Source: Myxococcota bacterium
Lineage (GTDB): Bacteria; Myxococcota_A; UBA9160; JAFDDA01
Reading direction: 5' to 3'
Assembly: GCA_965228475.1 (NCBI GenBank)
Contig: OZ245817.1
Location: 1,504,001 to 1,568,000 of the forward strand
DNA: 64,000 nt
A program made the translations under genes and the position numbers. The notes beneath the pieces were generated by a model. It did no database searches. It worked only from the letters and a program-made list of their open reading frames with translations, and was not told the origin of the DNA. Each line of letters starts with the position of its first letter. The first letter of the stretch is position 1. This document shows, in pieces, positions 26,810-38,147 of the stretch.

Positions 26810-28822
26810 ATGCCGACTGGGCTTCGTTCACTGCCGATTGGGCTTCGTTCGCTGCGGACTGGGCTTCGTTCGCGGATCTTGTTGTTGGCGCTGGCGTTCG
26901 GCGCGACCGGTTACAACTGTGGCGCGCCGCCGTCCATCTACATCTCTTCGCCGACCAGCGGCGCGTTCCACATCCTCTCGGCCTACGGCCCGAACATCAC
27001 CGTCGACGGCCAGCTGAACTGCCTGCCGACGACGGGCGTCGAGGTGCGCCTGTGGTGGGACGAGGTCGGCCCCGACTCCCAGGCCGTCCTGGCGAGCGTC
27101 GCGCCCTCGACGCTCTTCACGGCCACGATGCCGGTGCCCACCGACGGGAAGGTGCTCCACACGATCATCGCCGAGGTCCGCTACGGGCCGGCGCTCTCGC
27201 TCTCGCGGCGTCACAGCGTGGTCGTGCACGTCGTCGACTACACGTCGAACGTCGGGACCGGCGACGACTTCACCACCCTGATCCGCCTGACGGACCTCGG
27301 CCTCGACGAGATGGAGCCCGCGCTCTCCGCCCAGGCCTCGGCGGCCTTCGACCTGAACGCGACCCTCCAGTGGCAGGACCTGCTGAACGGGACGGAGCCC
27401 TGCTTCGTCAACGGCCCGTTCGGCAGCTGCTTCGGACGCCTCCACCAGGCGTTGGTCACCAACGCTTCGATCGGCAGCGTCGGCGTCGAGCTCGACGCCG
27501 TTTCGGGCGCCGTCGCGACGGACATCGCGCTTTCGGACATCGACCTGAACGCCCAGCTCCAAGGGAAGCTGGCCGGCTTCGGCTTCACGTGCGACGCCGC
27601 CCTCAACACGGACGAGGCGGACCTCGACGTGGAGATGGACCTCGAGAAGGACCCGGCGGATCCGAGCCGGCTGATCGTGGTGCAGAACGGGAACGTGGGG
27701 GTCGGCCCGCTGAACTTCCTCGCCCTGGACCTGAACTGCTCCGGCGTGATCGGCGGCGTCCTCGGCAACCTGTTCGACACCGTCACGGACTCTCCCGAGA
27801 CGCTCGAGCGGGTCCAGACCGGCCTCGCAGACATGATCAACTCGAACCTCGTGCTCGCGGACGGCTTTCAGGATGCCCTCGACGAGATCGCGCTCGCAGA
27901 CGCGATCGGAACGTCGCTCGGCATGGACCTGGGCGTCACGCTCGGCGGCGATCCGCTGATCAACGGCACGGGGATCTCGGTTGTGGCCGGAATCGACCCC
28001 CAGCCGACCACCACCGAGTGCAGCCCCGGCAACCCGCTCGCCGGCAACGGCTGGGCCTGCCAGGCGCTCCCCGACACGGTCTTCCTCGCGAACAGCGGCG
28101 GCAACTTCTGGGGATGGGACGACACGGCGCCGAGCGGTCCGAGCTACGACGTCGGCGTCGGGATCGAAGATACGGCGCTGAACCTGCTGCTCCGGGCGGT
28201 CGCCGAGCAGGGCAAGCTCTCGCGGCGGGTCACGTCCCTCCCGGGAATCCCCGGGAACCTCACCTGGGACGCCCTGATCAGTCCGGCGGGCTGCGCCGCC
28301 ATCGGGATGCCCTGTTCGGACCGGGTCGACATCAAGATCTCGCCCGTCGTGGCGCCCTTGGTCCGGGGCAACGCCGGAATCGGCGGTTCGATCACCGACC
28401 TCGTGTTCCAGCTGAACCTCGAGTTCGCGACGCCCGGGTTCAACGCGTCCTACGACGTCCCGCGGCTGACGATGCTCCTGACCGTCGAAGCGGGGCTCGA
28501 CCTCGTCGTTGCCAACGACGAGCTGGGCTTCGAGTTCAAGCTCTGCGACCCCGAGCCGTGCACGCCGAACTTCGACCTGAACGCGATCTACACGTTCTTT
28601 CCGAACGTCTCGATCGGTCCGCGTCTGATCGACGGCGTCTTCATCGGCCAGCCCGACATCCAGGACGCCGTGACGGATCTGCTCACCACGAGCCTCGCGA
28701 GCGCCATCCAGGGCTTCCCGTTGCCGGAGTTCCAGGGGCAGACGCTCACGCCCATCACGATCGAGCGCGAGGGAACGCTCTCGACCACGACGGGATACAT
28801 GACGGTGTTCGGGGACCTCTAG
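26810..28822 (+). CDS. Exported protein, Ig-like + BPI/LBP(TULIP)-like domains (paralog B)
   Basis: GGAGG RBS; signal peptide ending in Cys; IRLTDLGLDEM and VGIEDTALNLLL motifs. Confidence 0.6.
   Translation: MPTGLRSLPIGLRSLRTGLRSRILLLALAFGATGYNCGAPPSIYISSPTSGAFHILSAYGPNITVDGQLNCLPTTGVEVRLWWDEVGPDSQAVLASVAPSTLFTATMPVPTDGKVLHTIIAEVRYGPALSLSRRHSVVVHVVDYTSNVGTGDDFTTLIRLTDLGLDEMEPALSAQASAAFDLNATLQWQDLLNGTEPCFVNGPFGSCFGRLHQALVTNASIGSVGVELDAVSGAVATDIALSDIDLNAQLQGKLAGFGFTCDAALNTDEADLDVEMDLEKDPADPSRLIVVQNGNVGVGPLNFLALDLNCSGVIGGVLGNLFDTVTDSPETLERVQTGLADMINSNLVLADGFQDALDEIALADAIGTSLGMDLGVTLGGDPLINGTGISVVAGIDPQPTTTECSPGNPLAGNGWACQALPDTVFLANSGGNFWGWDDTAPSGPSYDVGVGIEDTALNLLLRAVAEQGKLSRRVTSLPGIPGNLTWDALISPAGCAAIGMPCSDRVDIKISPVVAPLVRGNAGIGGSITDLVFQLNLEFATPGFNASYDVPRLTMLLTVEAGLDLVVANDELGFEFKLCDPEPCTPNFDLNAIYTFFPNVSIGPRLIDGVFIGQPDIQDAVTDLLTTSLASAIQGFPLPEFQGQTLTPITIEREGTLSTTTGYMTVFGDL
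26813..26875 (+). repeat. 3 x 21-bp tandem repeat in the signal-peptide n-region
   Basis: ccgactgggcttcgttcactg / ccgattgggcttcgttcgctg / cggactgggcttcgttcgcgg (PTGLRSL PIGLRSL RTGLRSR). Confidence 0.9.
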
Positions 28823-28849
28823 GTCTCGCTAGAGGGAAGGGGAAGAGAG

Positions 28850-29959
28850 ATGGATGTTGTCGTTCGAAGAAGGGTCGTCGCGCAATGGGGGTTCCTCGCG
28901 CTGCTCCTGGCGTCGTTCCTGCTGCCGGGCTCGGCCCGCGCCTACACGATCGGAGCGGCCGAGGGCACGAACACCGCGACGCAGCTCGAGCTCCGGCTCA
29001 CGCTCTGGGACGACGGGAACCCGCTGCAGGCCGTCTTCCACGAGACGGGCTGTGAGCCGGACGAAGATTGCCCGTTCTCCCTGACGCTCGGGGTCGCGCC
29101 GGTCTTCGTGTTCGGGCCGGGCGGAAGCTTCGGGACCTTCGACTTCTCCGCGACCCTGCGGCACGAAGGCTCGGCGGAGTCCGTGCAGTTCTCGGGCTAC
29201 GGGCACGAACTCGGCACGCACCCGCTCGACGTAGCGGGTCCCTTCTGGCAGCAGGTGAGCTTTCACCTCGCCGAAGGGCCGGGCGAGTCCTACCTGACGG
29301 TCTCGGCCACGGTCCCCGAGCCGCGCTCCCTCGCGCTGCTCGGTCTCGCGGGGATCGTCTTCGTGCTTCTGCGCCATGCGTTCCCCCCGCGTCGCCGGAG
29401 GGGGTTCCGGGGGGCTCTCCAGCCGGCGAGGCCGGGTGCCACCGTCGCCGCGTGCTTCCTCGCGGCGGCGGTCGGCCTCCCCGGCACCGCCCGGGCCTTC
29501 ACGGTCGACGTCGTTTCGCTGACGAACGAGCCGGGTCTGTTCGCAGCCGTCGTCCGGGTGCTCCACGACGGAAACGCGGACCCGCTCGAGGCGCGCATCT
29601 CCGGCTGCGTCCCGGACGTCCCGAGTGATGCGTGCCCCTTCACCCTGAACCTCCAGGTCTGGCCCGTGCCGATCCTGCCCGGCGTCTTCGACTTCCAGGT
29701 GATCGGCAACCTCGCGCACGTCGACTCGGCCTTCGCGCCCGCCTTCGAGCTGCACAACCACGATCCCCAGATCGGCACCGAGATCGTGCTCGGCCAGGAC
29801 GAGGTGTGGCAGACCTGGAGCCTCGGCTGGGACGGCGCCACGCGATTCGAGCTCGTCGCGACGGCGGCCGTCCCCGAGCCGCAGCTCGCGGTCCTGACCG
29901 CGGCCCTCGCTGCGACCTTCGGGTTGCGCCGCAGGCGCAGGGAGCCGCGTCCGGTATGA
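28850..29959 (+). CDS. Tandem double PEP-CTERM-like protein
   Basis: Two homologous units, each signal peptide (ARA|) + ~120 aa domain + VPEP-TM-basic tail. Confidence 0.75.
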   Translation: MDVVVRRRVVAQWGFLALLLASFLLPGSARAYTIGAAEGTNTATQLELRLTLWDDGNPLQAVFHETGCEPDEDCPFSLTLGVAPVFVFGPGGSFGTFDFSATLRHEGSAESVQFSGYGHELGTHPLDVAGPFWQQVSFHLAEGPGESYLTVSATVPEPRSLALLGLAGIVFVLLRHAFPPRRRRGFRGALQPARPGATVAACFLAAAVGLPGTARAFTVDVVSLTNEPGLFAAVVRVLHDGNADPLEARISGCVPDVPSDACPFTLNLQVWPVPILPGVFDFQVIGNLAHVDSAFAPAFELHNHDPQIGTEIVLGQDEVWQTWSLGWDGATRFELVATAAVPEPQLAVLTAALAATFGLRRRRREPRPV

Positions 29960-30008
29960 TCGAGTCGCTCGCCCGGAGGCGGGTCGCCGCCCACCTGCCG
30001 GAGCGAGC

Positions 30009-30851
30009 ATGCACTACGGGGTCTCGATCTTTCCCACCGACTACGCGATGGCGCTCCCGGAGCTGGCCGTCGCCGCCGAGGCCCGGGGCCTCGAATCGCT
30101 CTGGGTCGCCGAGCACTCCCACATCCCGTCCTCCCGCAAGAGCGCGTTTCCCGGCGGCGGCGAGCTGCCGAAGATGTACTACGACACGCTCGACCCGTTC
30201 GTCGCCCTCGCGGCGGCGGCCTCGGTGACGACCCGGATCAAGCTCGCCACCGGCATCTGCCTCGTCGTCCAGCGCGACCCGATCCACACCGCGAAGGAGG
30301 TCGCCTCCCTCGACCAGCTCTCCCGCGGCCGCTTCCTGTTCGGCGTCGGCGCCGGCTGGAACGAAGAGGAGATGGCCGCCCACGGCACGCGCGATTTCAA
30401 GCGCCGCTTCAAGCTGATGCGGGAGCGCATCGAGGCGATGAAGGCGCTGTGGTCGGAGAAGGAGGCGCGCTACCGCGGCGAGTTCGTCGAGCTCGAGCCC
30501 TCGTTCCAGTGGCCGAAGCCCGTCCAAGAGCCCCACCCGCCGATCCACGTGGGCGGCGTCTTCCCGGGCGGCGCGAAGCGCGCGGTGCGCTACGGCCAGG
30601 GCTGGATCCCGATCGGCGGGAAGGGAGACGGTCTCGAGGAAGCGATCCCCGCCTTCCACGCCATGGCCGAGGAAGCCGGTCGGGAGCGTCTCGAAGTCAC
30701 GGCCTACGGCATCGTGCCGACCGAGAAGGTCGTGGATCGCTATGCGCGGGCCGGAGTCGATCGGATCGTCTTCGCGCTGCCGCCCGCGCCGCGGGAGGAG
30801 CTCCTGCCGCACCTCGACCGCTGCGCGGCATTCGTGAAGGAGTCGAAGTAG
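30009..30851 (+). CDS. LLM-class flavin/F420-dependent oxidoreductase
   Basis: WVAEHSHIP, DPFVAL, LDQLSRGRFLFGVGAGWN, PKP. Confidence 0.9.
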   Translation: MHYGVSIFPTDYAMALPELAVAAEARGLESLWVAEHSHIPSSRKSAFPGGGELPKMYYDTLDPFVALAAAASVTTRIKLATGICLVVQRDPIHTAKEVASLDQLSRGRFLFGVGAGWNEEEMAAHGTRDFKRRFKLMRERIEAMKALWSEKEARYRGEFVELEPSFQWPKPVQEPHPPIHVGGVFPGGAKRAVRYGQGWIPIGGKGDGLEEAIPAFHAMAEEAGRERLEVTAYGIVPTEKVVDRYARAGVDRIVFALPPAPREELLPHLDRCAAFVKESK

Positions 30852-31969
30852 TGGCGAAGCGTCAGGAACAGGAGACGGCGCGCACCGAGGTCACCGAGGT
30901 GGCGCCCGACGTGCTGCGCATGGAGCTGCCGATCCGGATGCCCGGGCTCGGCCACGTGAACTGCTACGCGATCGTCGACAAGGACGGTGCGGCGGTGGTC
31001 GACCCGGGAATGCCCGGCCCCGCCACCTGGAAGGCGATCCAGGACCGCCTGAAGCAGGCCGGGCTTTCGCCGAAGCACGTCCACACCGTGGTCATCACGC
31101 ACTCGCACCCCGACCACTTCGGCTGCGCGATGCGCTTCGCCAAGGAGTCGGGCGCGAAGATCGTGGCCCACCGGAAGTTCACGTTCGGCCCGCCCCAGGC
31201 GGCGGAGCCCGAGGTCTCCGCCGACGACCTCGCGGCCCATGCTTCCCACGACGGCCATGCCCACGGCCCGAAGCTCGAAGAGCGCGACGAGAACGATTCC
31301 GGGGAGGGCGACGAGGCGCTCCAGCGCATCCTGAAGAGCGGCCCCGGCCGCACGCCCTGGGGCGGCGAGCGCCCGCGCCCCCCTTGGCGGGTCAAACTGA
31401 AGTGGCGCGTGATGGGCATGCTCGGGCACCGCATCGTCCCGGTCGTGACCGACCCGGTGGAGCACGGCGATGTGCTCCGCCTCGCGGGGCGCGAGTGGTT
31501 CGTCTTCCACACCCCCGGCCACACCCAGGATCACTTCTGCCTGCACGACCCGGCCTCGGGCATCTTTCTCGCCGGCGACCACGTGCTCCCGACGATCACG
31601 CCCCACATCTCGGGCATCAGCTCCTCCCCCGATCCGCTCTCGACGTTCTTCTACTCGCTCGACCGGGTCGCCGAGATCCACGACGTCGAGCAGGTGCTTC
31701 CCGCCCACGGTCACCCGTTCCACGACCTCGCCGCGCGTTGCGAAGCGATCAAGCTCCACCACGACGAACGGCTCGAGAAGGTGAAGGCGATCGGCCGCGA
31801 GCTCGGGCCGGCGCCGGTCTCGGCCTTCTCGGAGCGCCTGTTCAAGCCGCGCAGCTGGGGCGCGATGGCCGAGAGCGAGACCTACGCCCATCTCGAGCAC
31901 CTGCGCATCGCCGGCGACGCGGGCCTGCGGCGGGACGAGGATGGCAAGCTGATCTACGAGACCGGCTGA
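30851..31969 (+). CDS. MBL-fold metallo-hydrolase
   Basis: THSHPDH, TPGH, GDHVL, PAHG. Confidence 0.9.
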   Translation: MAKRQEQETARTEVTEVAPDVLRMELPIRMPGLGHVNCYAIVDKDGAAVVDPGMPGPATWKAIQDRLKQAGLSPKHVHTVVITHSHPDHFGCAMRFAKESGAKIVAHRKFTFGPPQAAEPEVSADDLAAHASHDGHAHGPKLEERDENDSGEGDEALQRILKSGPGRTPWGGERPRPPWRVKLKWRVMGMLGHRIVPVVTDPVEHGDVLRLAGREWFVFHTPGHTQDHFCLHDPASGIFLAGDHVLPTITPHISGISSSPDPLSTFFYSLDRVAEIHDVEQVLPAHGHPFHDLAARCEAIKLHHDERLEKVKAIGRELGPAPVSAFSERLFKPRSWGAMAESETYAHLEHLRIAGDAGLRRDEDGKLIYETG

Positions 31970-32079
31970 GCGCGGCGCGCACCCACGCCGCGTCGTGCGC
32001 GGATGCGTACGATCCCGCGGAATCGACGCATTTCGCGAGAATGGAACCTGTTACAATTCGTCGCCTGGAGGTCCTCTCG

Positions 32080-33321
32080 ATGTCCGGTGACACGTTCGGC
32101 TTCAACCTCGTCGGGCCGGCCGACTACGCCGCCCACGGCTACCCCCACGAAATCTGGACGAAGCTCCGCAAGGACGACCCGGTCCACTGGTGGACCGAGA
32201 CCGAGGGCATGCCCTTCTGGGCCATCACCAAGCACGCCGACATCACCACGATCTCGAAGCGGCCGGACATCTTCCTGAACAACCCGCGCATCACCGTCTC
32301 GCACCAGAAGGAAGAGCCGCGGCTCGACCAGTTCCCGGACACCCTGATCCAGATGGACAATCCGCGCCATCGGGCCTTCCGCAAGATGATCTCGAGCCGC
32401 TTCACGCCGCGCGCGCTGAAGAAGATCCACGACCCGATCGAGGCGATCGGCAAGGAGATCGTCGACGCATTGGTGGCCGACAAGGACGAAGGCGAGTGCG
32501 ACTTCGTCGCGGAGGTCTCGGCGCCGCTCCCGATCGCCGTGATCGGTTGGCTGCTCGGCGTCCCGAAGTCCGATTGGAAGCTGCTCTTCGACTGGACGAA
32601 CCGTATCCTCGGCGCCCAGGACCCGGACTTCCAGGAGGAGGGCGTCGAGCCCATCGAGGCGGCCCGCTCGACCATGGTCGAGCTCTTCACCTACTTCGCG
32701 AAGCTGCTCGAGGAGAAGAAGGGCGGCGACGCCGACGACCTGATGACCCTCTTCACGCAGCTCGAGTACGAGGGCAAGCCCCTCGACGTGATGGACCAGC
32801 TCGCCTGGTGCCTGATCATCGTGGTCGCGGGCAACGAGACCACGCGCAACGGCACGAGCGGCGGCATGCTCGCCTTCGTCGAGAACCAGGGCGAGATCCG
32901 CAAGCTCCAGGAACGGCCCGAGCTGCTGGCCGGAGCCGTGGAGGAGGTCGTGCGCTGGTCGAGCCCGATCATCCACTTCGCGCGCACCGCCGACGCTGAT
33001 TTCGAGCTGCGCGGGAAGACGATCCGCAAGGGGGACGCCTGCGCGCTCTTCTACCCCTCGGCCAACCGCGACGAGGAGGTGTACGAAGACCCCTTCGTCT
33101 TCCGCATCGACCGCCCGCGCAACCCGCACCTCGGGTTCGGGATCGGCGAGCACTTCTGCGTCGGGTCGCACCTGGCGCGGCTCGAGCTCGCCGTCGCGTA
33201 CAAGTACCTGCTTCCGCGGGTCGAGGAGATCGAGCTCGCGGGCCCGGTCGAGCGGCTGCACTCCGCGCTCGTCGGCGGCGTGAAGAAGCTGCCGATCCGC
33301 TACAAGCTGCGCCCGGAGTAG
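32080..33321 (+). CDS. Cytochrome P450
   Basis: AGNETT, EEVVR, HLGFGIGEHFCVG. Confidence 0.95.
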   Translation: MSGDTFGFNLVGPADYAAHGYPHEIWTKLRKDDPVHWWTETEGMPFWAITKHADITTISKRPDIFLNNPRITVSHQKEEPRLDQFPDTLIQMDNPRHRAFRKMISSRFTPRALKKIHDPIEAIGKEIVDALVADKDEGECDFVAEVSAPLPIAVIGWLLGVPKSDWKLLFDWTNRILGAQDPDFQEEGVEPIEAARSTMVELFTYFAKLLEEKKGGDADDLMTLFTQLEYEGKPLDVMDQLAWCLIIVVAGNETTRNGTSGGMLAFVENQGEIRKLQERPELLAGAVEEVVRWSSPIIHFARTADADFELRGKTIRKGDACALFYPSANRDEEVYEDPFVFRIDRPRNPHLGFGIGEHFCVGSHLARLELAVAYKYLLPRVEEIELAGPVERLHSALVGGVKKLPIRYKLRPE

Positions 33322-33330
33322 GGCGGCGGG

Positions 33331-34062
33331 CTACTCGCCCGGGTCTTCGCCCCGGGCCGCCTTGATCTCTTCGAAGTGCTGGCGCCGCTCCATCAGCTTC
33401 TCGATGCGCTCGACGGGGACCGCGATGAAGATGCCTTCGGCCTCCGCGCAGAGCGTGTGCCCGGCGAAGACGCGGGCCTCGCAGAAGGTCTTGCGGCCCT
33501 CCACGCGGACGAGTTCCCCTTCGAACAGAAGCTCCGTGTGGAGCGGCGTGGGGGCGCGGTAGCGGACGGTCAGCGTGCCCGTGAAGCCGGGGTTCCCGCC
33601 GAGGGACTGCACGTAGCCGAGCACCTCGTCGAAGGCCGCGGCCACGAAGCCGCCGTGGACCGAGCCCGGCGGCCCTTCATAGGCCGAGCCGAAGGTCACC
33701 GACGCCACCGCCGTGCGTTCGCTCGCCTTTCCGATCGTGATGGGCGGCGCGAGCGGGTTTGCGAGTCCGATCAGCGGGCTCTGGTCGAAGAAGGCACCGA
33801 CGTCGCCGGCGGTCGAGGATTCCGAGGCGCCCATGAACTTCTTCAGCCGGGGGTGCGCCGAGAGCGTCTCCGCGTAGCGTTCGAGGCCTTCGGCGGCCCG
33901 GCGCAGCTCGTCGGCGGGGGCGTTGCTCGGGACGAGGCGTTCGATCACCTCGCGCATCGCGCTCGCCACGCGGCGCTTCTGCTCCCAGGCCTCGACGTTG
34001 TCGGCCTTGGTGTGGTCTCCGTAGAGCTCGACGGGGACGCCCTGGATCTGTCCCCGGCTCAC
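33331..34062 (-). CDS. PaaI-like hot-dog thioesterase
   Basis: YEGPPGSVHGGFVAAAFDE, TGTLTVRY. Confidence 0.85.
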   Translation of the reverse strand: MSRGQIQGVPVELYGDHTKADNVEAWEQKRRVASAMREVIERLVPSNAPADELRRAAEGLERYAETLSAHPRLKKFMGASESSTAGDVGAFFDQSPLIGLANPLAPPITIGKASERTAVASVTFGSAYEGPPGSVHGGFVAAAFDEVLGYVQSLGGNPGFTGTLTVRYRAPTPLHTELLFEGELVRVEGRKTFCEARVFAGHTLCAEAEGIFIAVPVERIEKLMERRQHFEEIKAARGEDPGE

Positions 34063-35924
34063 GAGGCGGTCTCCGTACCTTCTTCGGGAAGCCAGGGCGC
34101 TTCGTCGTAGGGGAAGGTGCGGCAGGCGGCGAGCGCTTCGTAGTCGCCGCGGCCGAAGCCGCGGCTGAAGGCCCAGGCGGCGAGCTCGCGGTAGACGTAG
34201 CAGCGCTCGCGGTCGTCCCGGAGGCGTTCGTCCTCGGCGACGCCGGCGATCACCGTTTCGATCGTCACGGGCTCGGAGCCCATGCGGACGCCGCCGTCGG
34301 ACTCGGTATCGAGGATCACGTAGCGGTGGGCATCGTCGCTCGAGTCGTCCCAGGGGAGCCAGGCCGGCAGCGTGCCGTCGCGCCCGGTGCCCGGGTCGCC
34401 CGAGGCCGCGAACTCCGCCCAGTAGGACATCATCTGCTCCGAGAGCTCCCGCCGCGCGCGGCGGTTGAAGGGCGTGAAGATGCCGATGGCTTCCGGCCCG
34501 AGTTCGAAGTGGCCGAACACGAAGGGAATCTCGAAGCCGTGGGAGGCGCCGAGCATCTCGTCGAGGCGTACGCCCGGGAGCGAGAGCTCTTCGTCCCAGT
34601 CGAAGCGGTAGACCCAGACCTGGCCGCGCTGGTGGTTCTGCAGGGCCATGGCGGGCATGTCGGCGCCGGTGGCCTTCCAGAAGGTCGAGAGGTGTTCGGC
34701 CAGGGCGTGGAAGCGGTCGGGGTCGTGGGCCGTCGGGATGAGGCCGAAGCGCCGCGTGGCGTAGCGCTCGTCGAGCGCGTGGAAGAGCTTGTTCTCGTCG
34801 CGGTTCGTGCCGAGGATCGCGGGCACGGCGTTGAAGCCGCCGCGGCGGAAGCGGGCGAGCGCTTCCTGGCGCGGCAGTACGACGCCGTCGGCGAACATCT
34901 GCGGTACTTCCATGCCCCCGTCCTCGCGCCGGTAGGGTTCGAGCACGTCGTAGGCCGGGACCTTGCGGAGATACTCCGCGATCTCCCAGTCGTCGAGCGT
35001 GGCGAGGTAGGCGCGCGCGGCGTCGCGGTCCGCGGCGGTGCCGTCGGCGACGAGCCAGTGCGCGAGCGCCTCGTTCGAGCTGTCGGGGGCGCCGCCCTCT
35101 TCGCTCCAGTTCTCGGCCCGGGCCGGCGGCATCGTTCCGGTGCCGCCGCTCTGGGCGATCGCGCGGTGGAACAGGCCGCGCGCCTCGCGCGAGAGCATCA
35201 GCATGAAGACGTTCCGGGCGCCGGCGGACTCGCCGAAGATCGTCACGCGATCCGGGTCGCCGCCGAAGGCTTCGATGTTGGCCTGCACCCATTCGAGGGC
35301 GCGGATCTGATCGAGAATGCCGAAGTTGCCCGAGCGGCCGGCGGCCGTGGTGCCCTCGCCGCGCAGGGCCACGTTGCGGAACCAGCCGAAGGGGCCGAGC
35401 CGGTACTGGAGCGCTACGACGATCACGTTCTGGCTCGCCGCCAGGTTCCCGCCGTTGTAGAAGCCCGCGAGGCCGGTGACGTTGCCGCCCCCGTGGATCC
35501 AGACCATGACGGGCAGTCTCTCGTCGCCCTCGGGCACCTCGGCCGGGGCGAAGCGCGGCGCCCAGATGTTCAGGGTGAGGCAATCCTCGCTCCCGACGGC
35601 CGTGTCGGGTTCGGCGTCGTTCACGCCGGCGAGCGGCGTCGCGAGCTGGACGCAGGGCTCGCCGAACTCGAGCGCCTCGAAGGTCTCCTCCCAGGGCAGG
35701 GCCATGCGGGGCGCCTTCCAGCGCAGGTCTCCGACCGGCGGCTCCGCGAAGGGGATGCCGAGCCAGGCGTGGCTTTCGTACTCGGCCGCGAGGCCGACGA
35801 CGGGCCCGGCGCTCGGGGCGCGGAGCGTGTCCGCATCGGCGACGCGGGCGGCGCGCTCCGGGGCTTCGCTGCAGCCGGCGACGGCGAACAGCAGGGTGGC
35901 GGCGGCGAACAGGCGGCGGTCCAT
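34059..35924 (-). CDS. Carboxylesterase type B lipoprotein
   Basis: VAGC lipobox, EDCLTLNI, HGGG, FGESAG. Confidence 0.93.
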   Translation of the reverse strand: MDRRLFAAATLLFAVAGCSEAPERAARVADADTLRAPSAGPVVGLAAEYESHAWLGIPFAEPPVGDLRWKAPRMALPWEETFEALEFGEPCVQLATPLAGVNDAEPDTAVGSEDCLTLNIWAPRFAPAEVPEGDERLPVMVWIHGGGNVTGLAGFYNGGNLAASQNVIVVALQYRLGPFGWFRNVALRGEGTTAAGRSGNFGILDQIRALEWVQANIEAFGGDPDRVTIFGESAGARNVFMLMLSREARGLFHRAIAQSGGTGTMPPARAENWSEEGGAPDSSNEALAHWLVADGTAADRDAARAYLATLDDWEIAEYLRKVPAYDVLEPYRREDGGMEVPQMFADGVVLPRQEALARFRRGGFNAVPAILGTNRDENKLFHALDERYATRRFGLIPTAHDPDRFHALAEHLSTFWKATGADMPAMALQNHQRGQVWVYRFDWDEELSLPGVRLDEMLGASHGFEIPFVFGHFELGPEAIGIFTPFNRRARRELSEQMMSYWAEFAASGDPGTGRDGTLPAWLPWDDSSDDAHRYVILDTESDGGVRMGSEPVTIETVIAGVAEDERLRDDRERCYVYRELAAWAFSRGFGRGDYEALAACRTFPYDEAPWLPEEGTETAS

Positions 35925-36005
35925 GGGGTCTCCTCGGGCGGTGCCGAAGAGTACCGCGTCCCGTCGGGGTGACGAGCCGTCTGCGGCCTCGCAGCCCGGT
36001 CCCGC

Positions 36006-36337
36006 CTAGTGGAGCGGCTCTTCCCGGAGCACGTACTCGCCCTCGGAGTCGACGTCGAACATCTCCCCCATGAGCGGGTGGCGGTGCGGTTCGTCGGAGT
36101 CGTCCGGCAGGAGGTTCTGCTCCGAGACGTAGGCCTCGTAGGTCGTCTCCGCGTTCTCGGCCAGCAGGTGGTAGTAGGGCTGGTTCTTCGCCGGGCGCTT
36201 GTCGGCGGGAATGGATTCCCACCACTCGTCGGTGTGGTCGAAGACCGGGTCGACGTCGTAGATGACGCCGCGGAACGGGTAGAAGCGGTGCTTCACCGGG
36301 TCGCCGATTCCGAACTTCGCCTTGCGCACGGGCTCGC

Positions 36338-36341
<4 letters not shown>
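36006..36341 (-). CDS. hspQ: Heat shock protein HspQ (YccV-like)
   Basis: KFGIG..VKH...FRGVIYDVDP...QPYYHLL...AYVSEQNL. Confidence 0.88.
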
Positions 36342-38056
<1,715 letters not shown>

Positions 38057-38147
38057 GAGGGTTCCAGGCGGGGCGGTTGCGGGATCGTTCGGGGCCGGAG
38101 GGTAGCGGTCCTCTCCGGCTCGGGGAGGCCTTCCTCGGCGCATCCGA

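Noticed and set aside
26813..26875. CRISPR array
   Set aside because: Contiguous repeats with no spacers, in frame within a CDS, and no cas genes.
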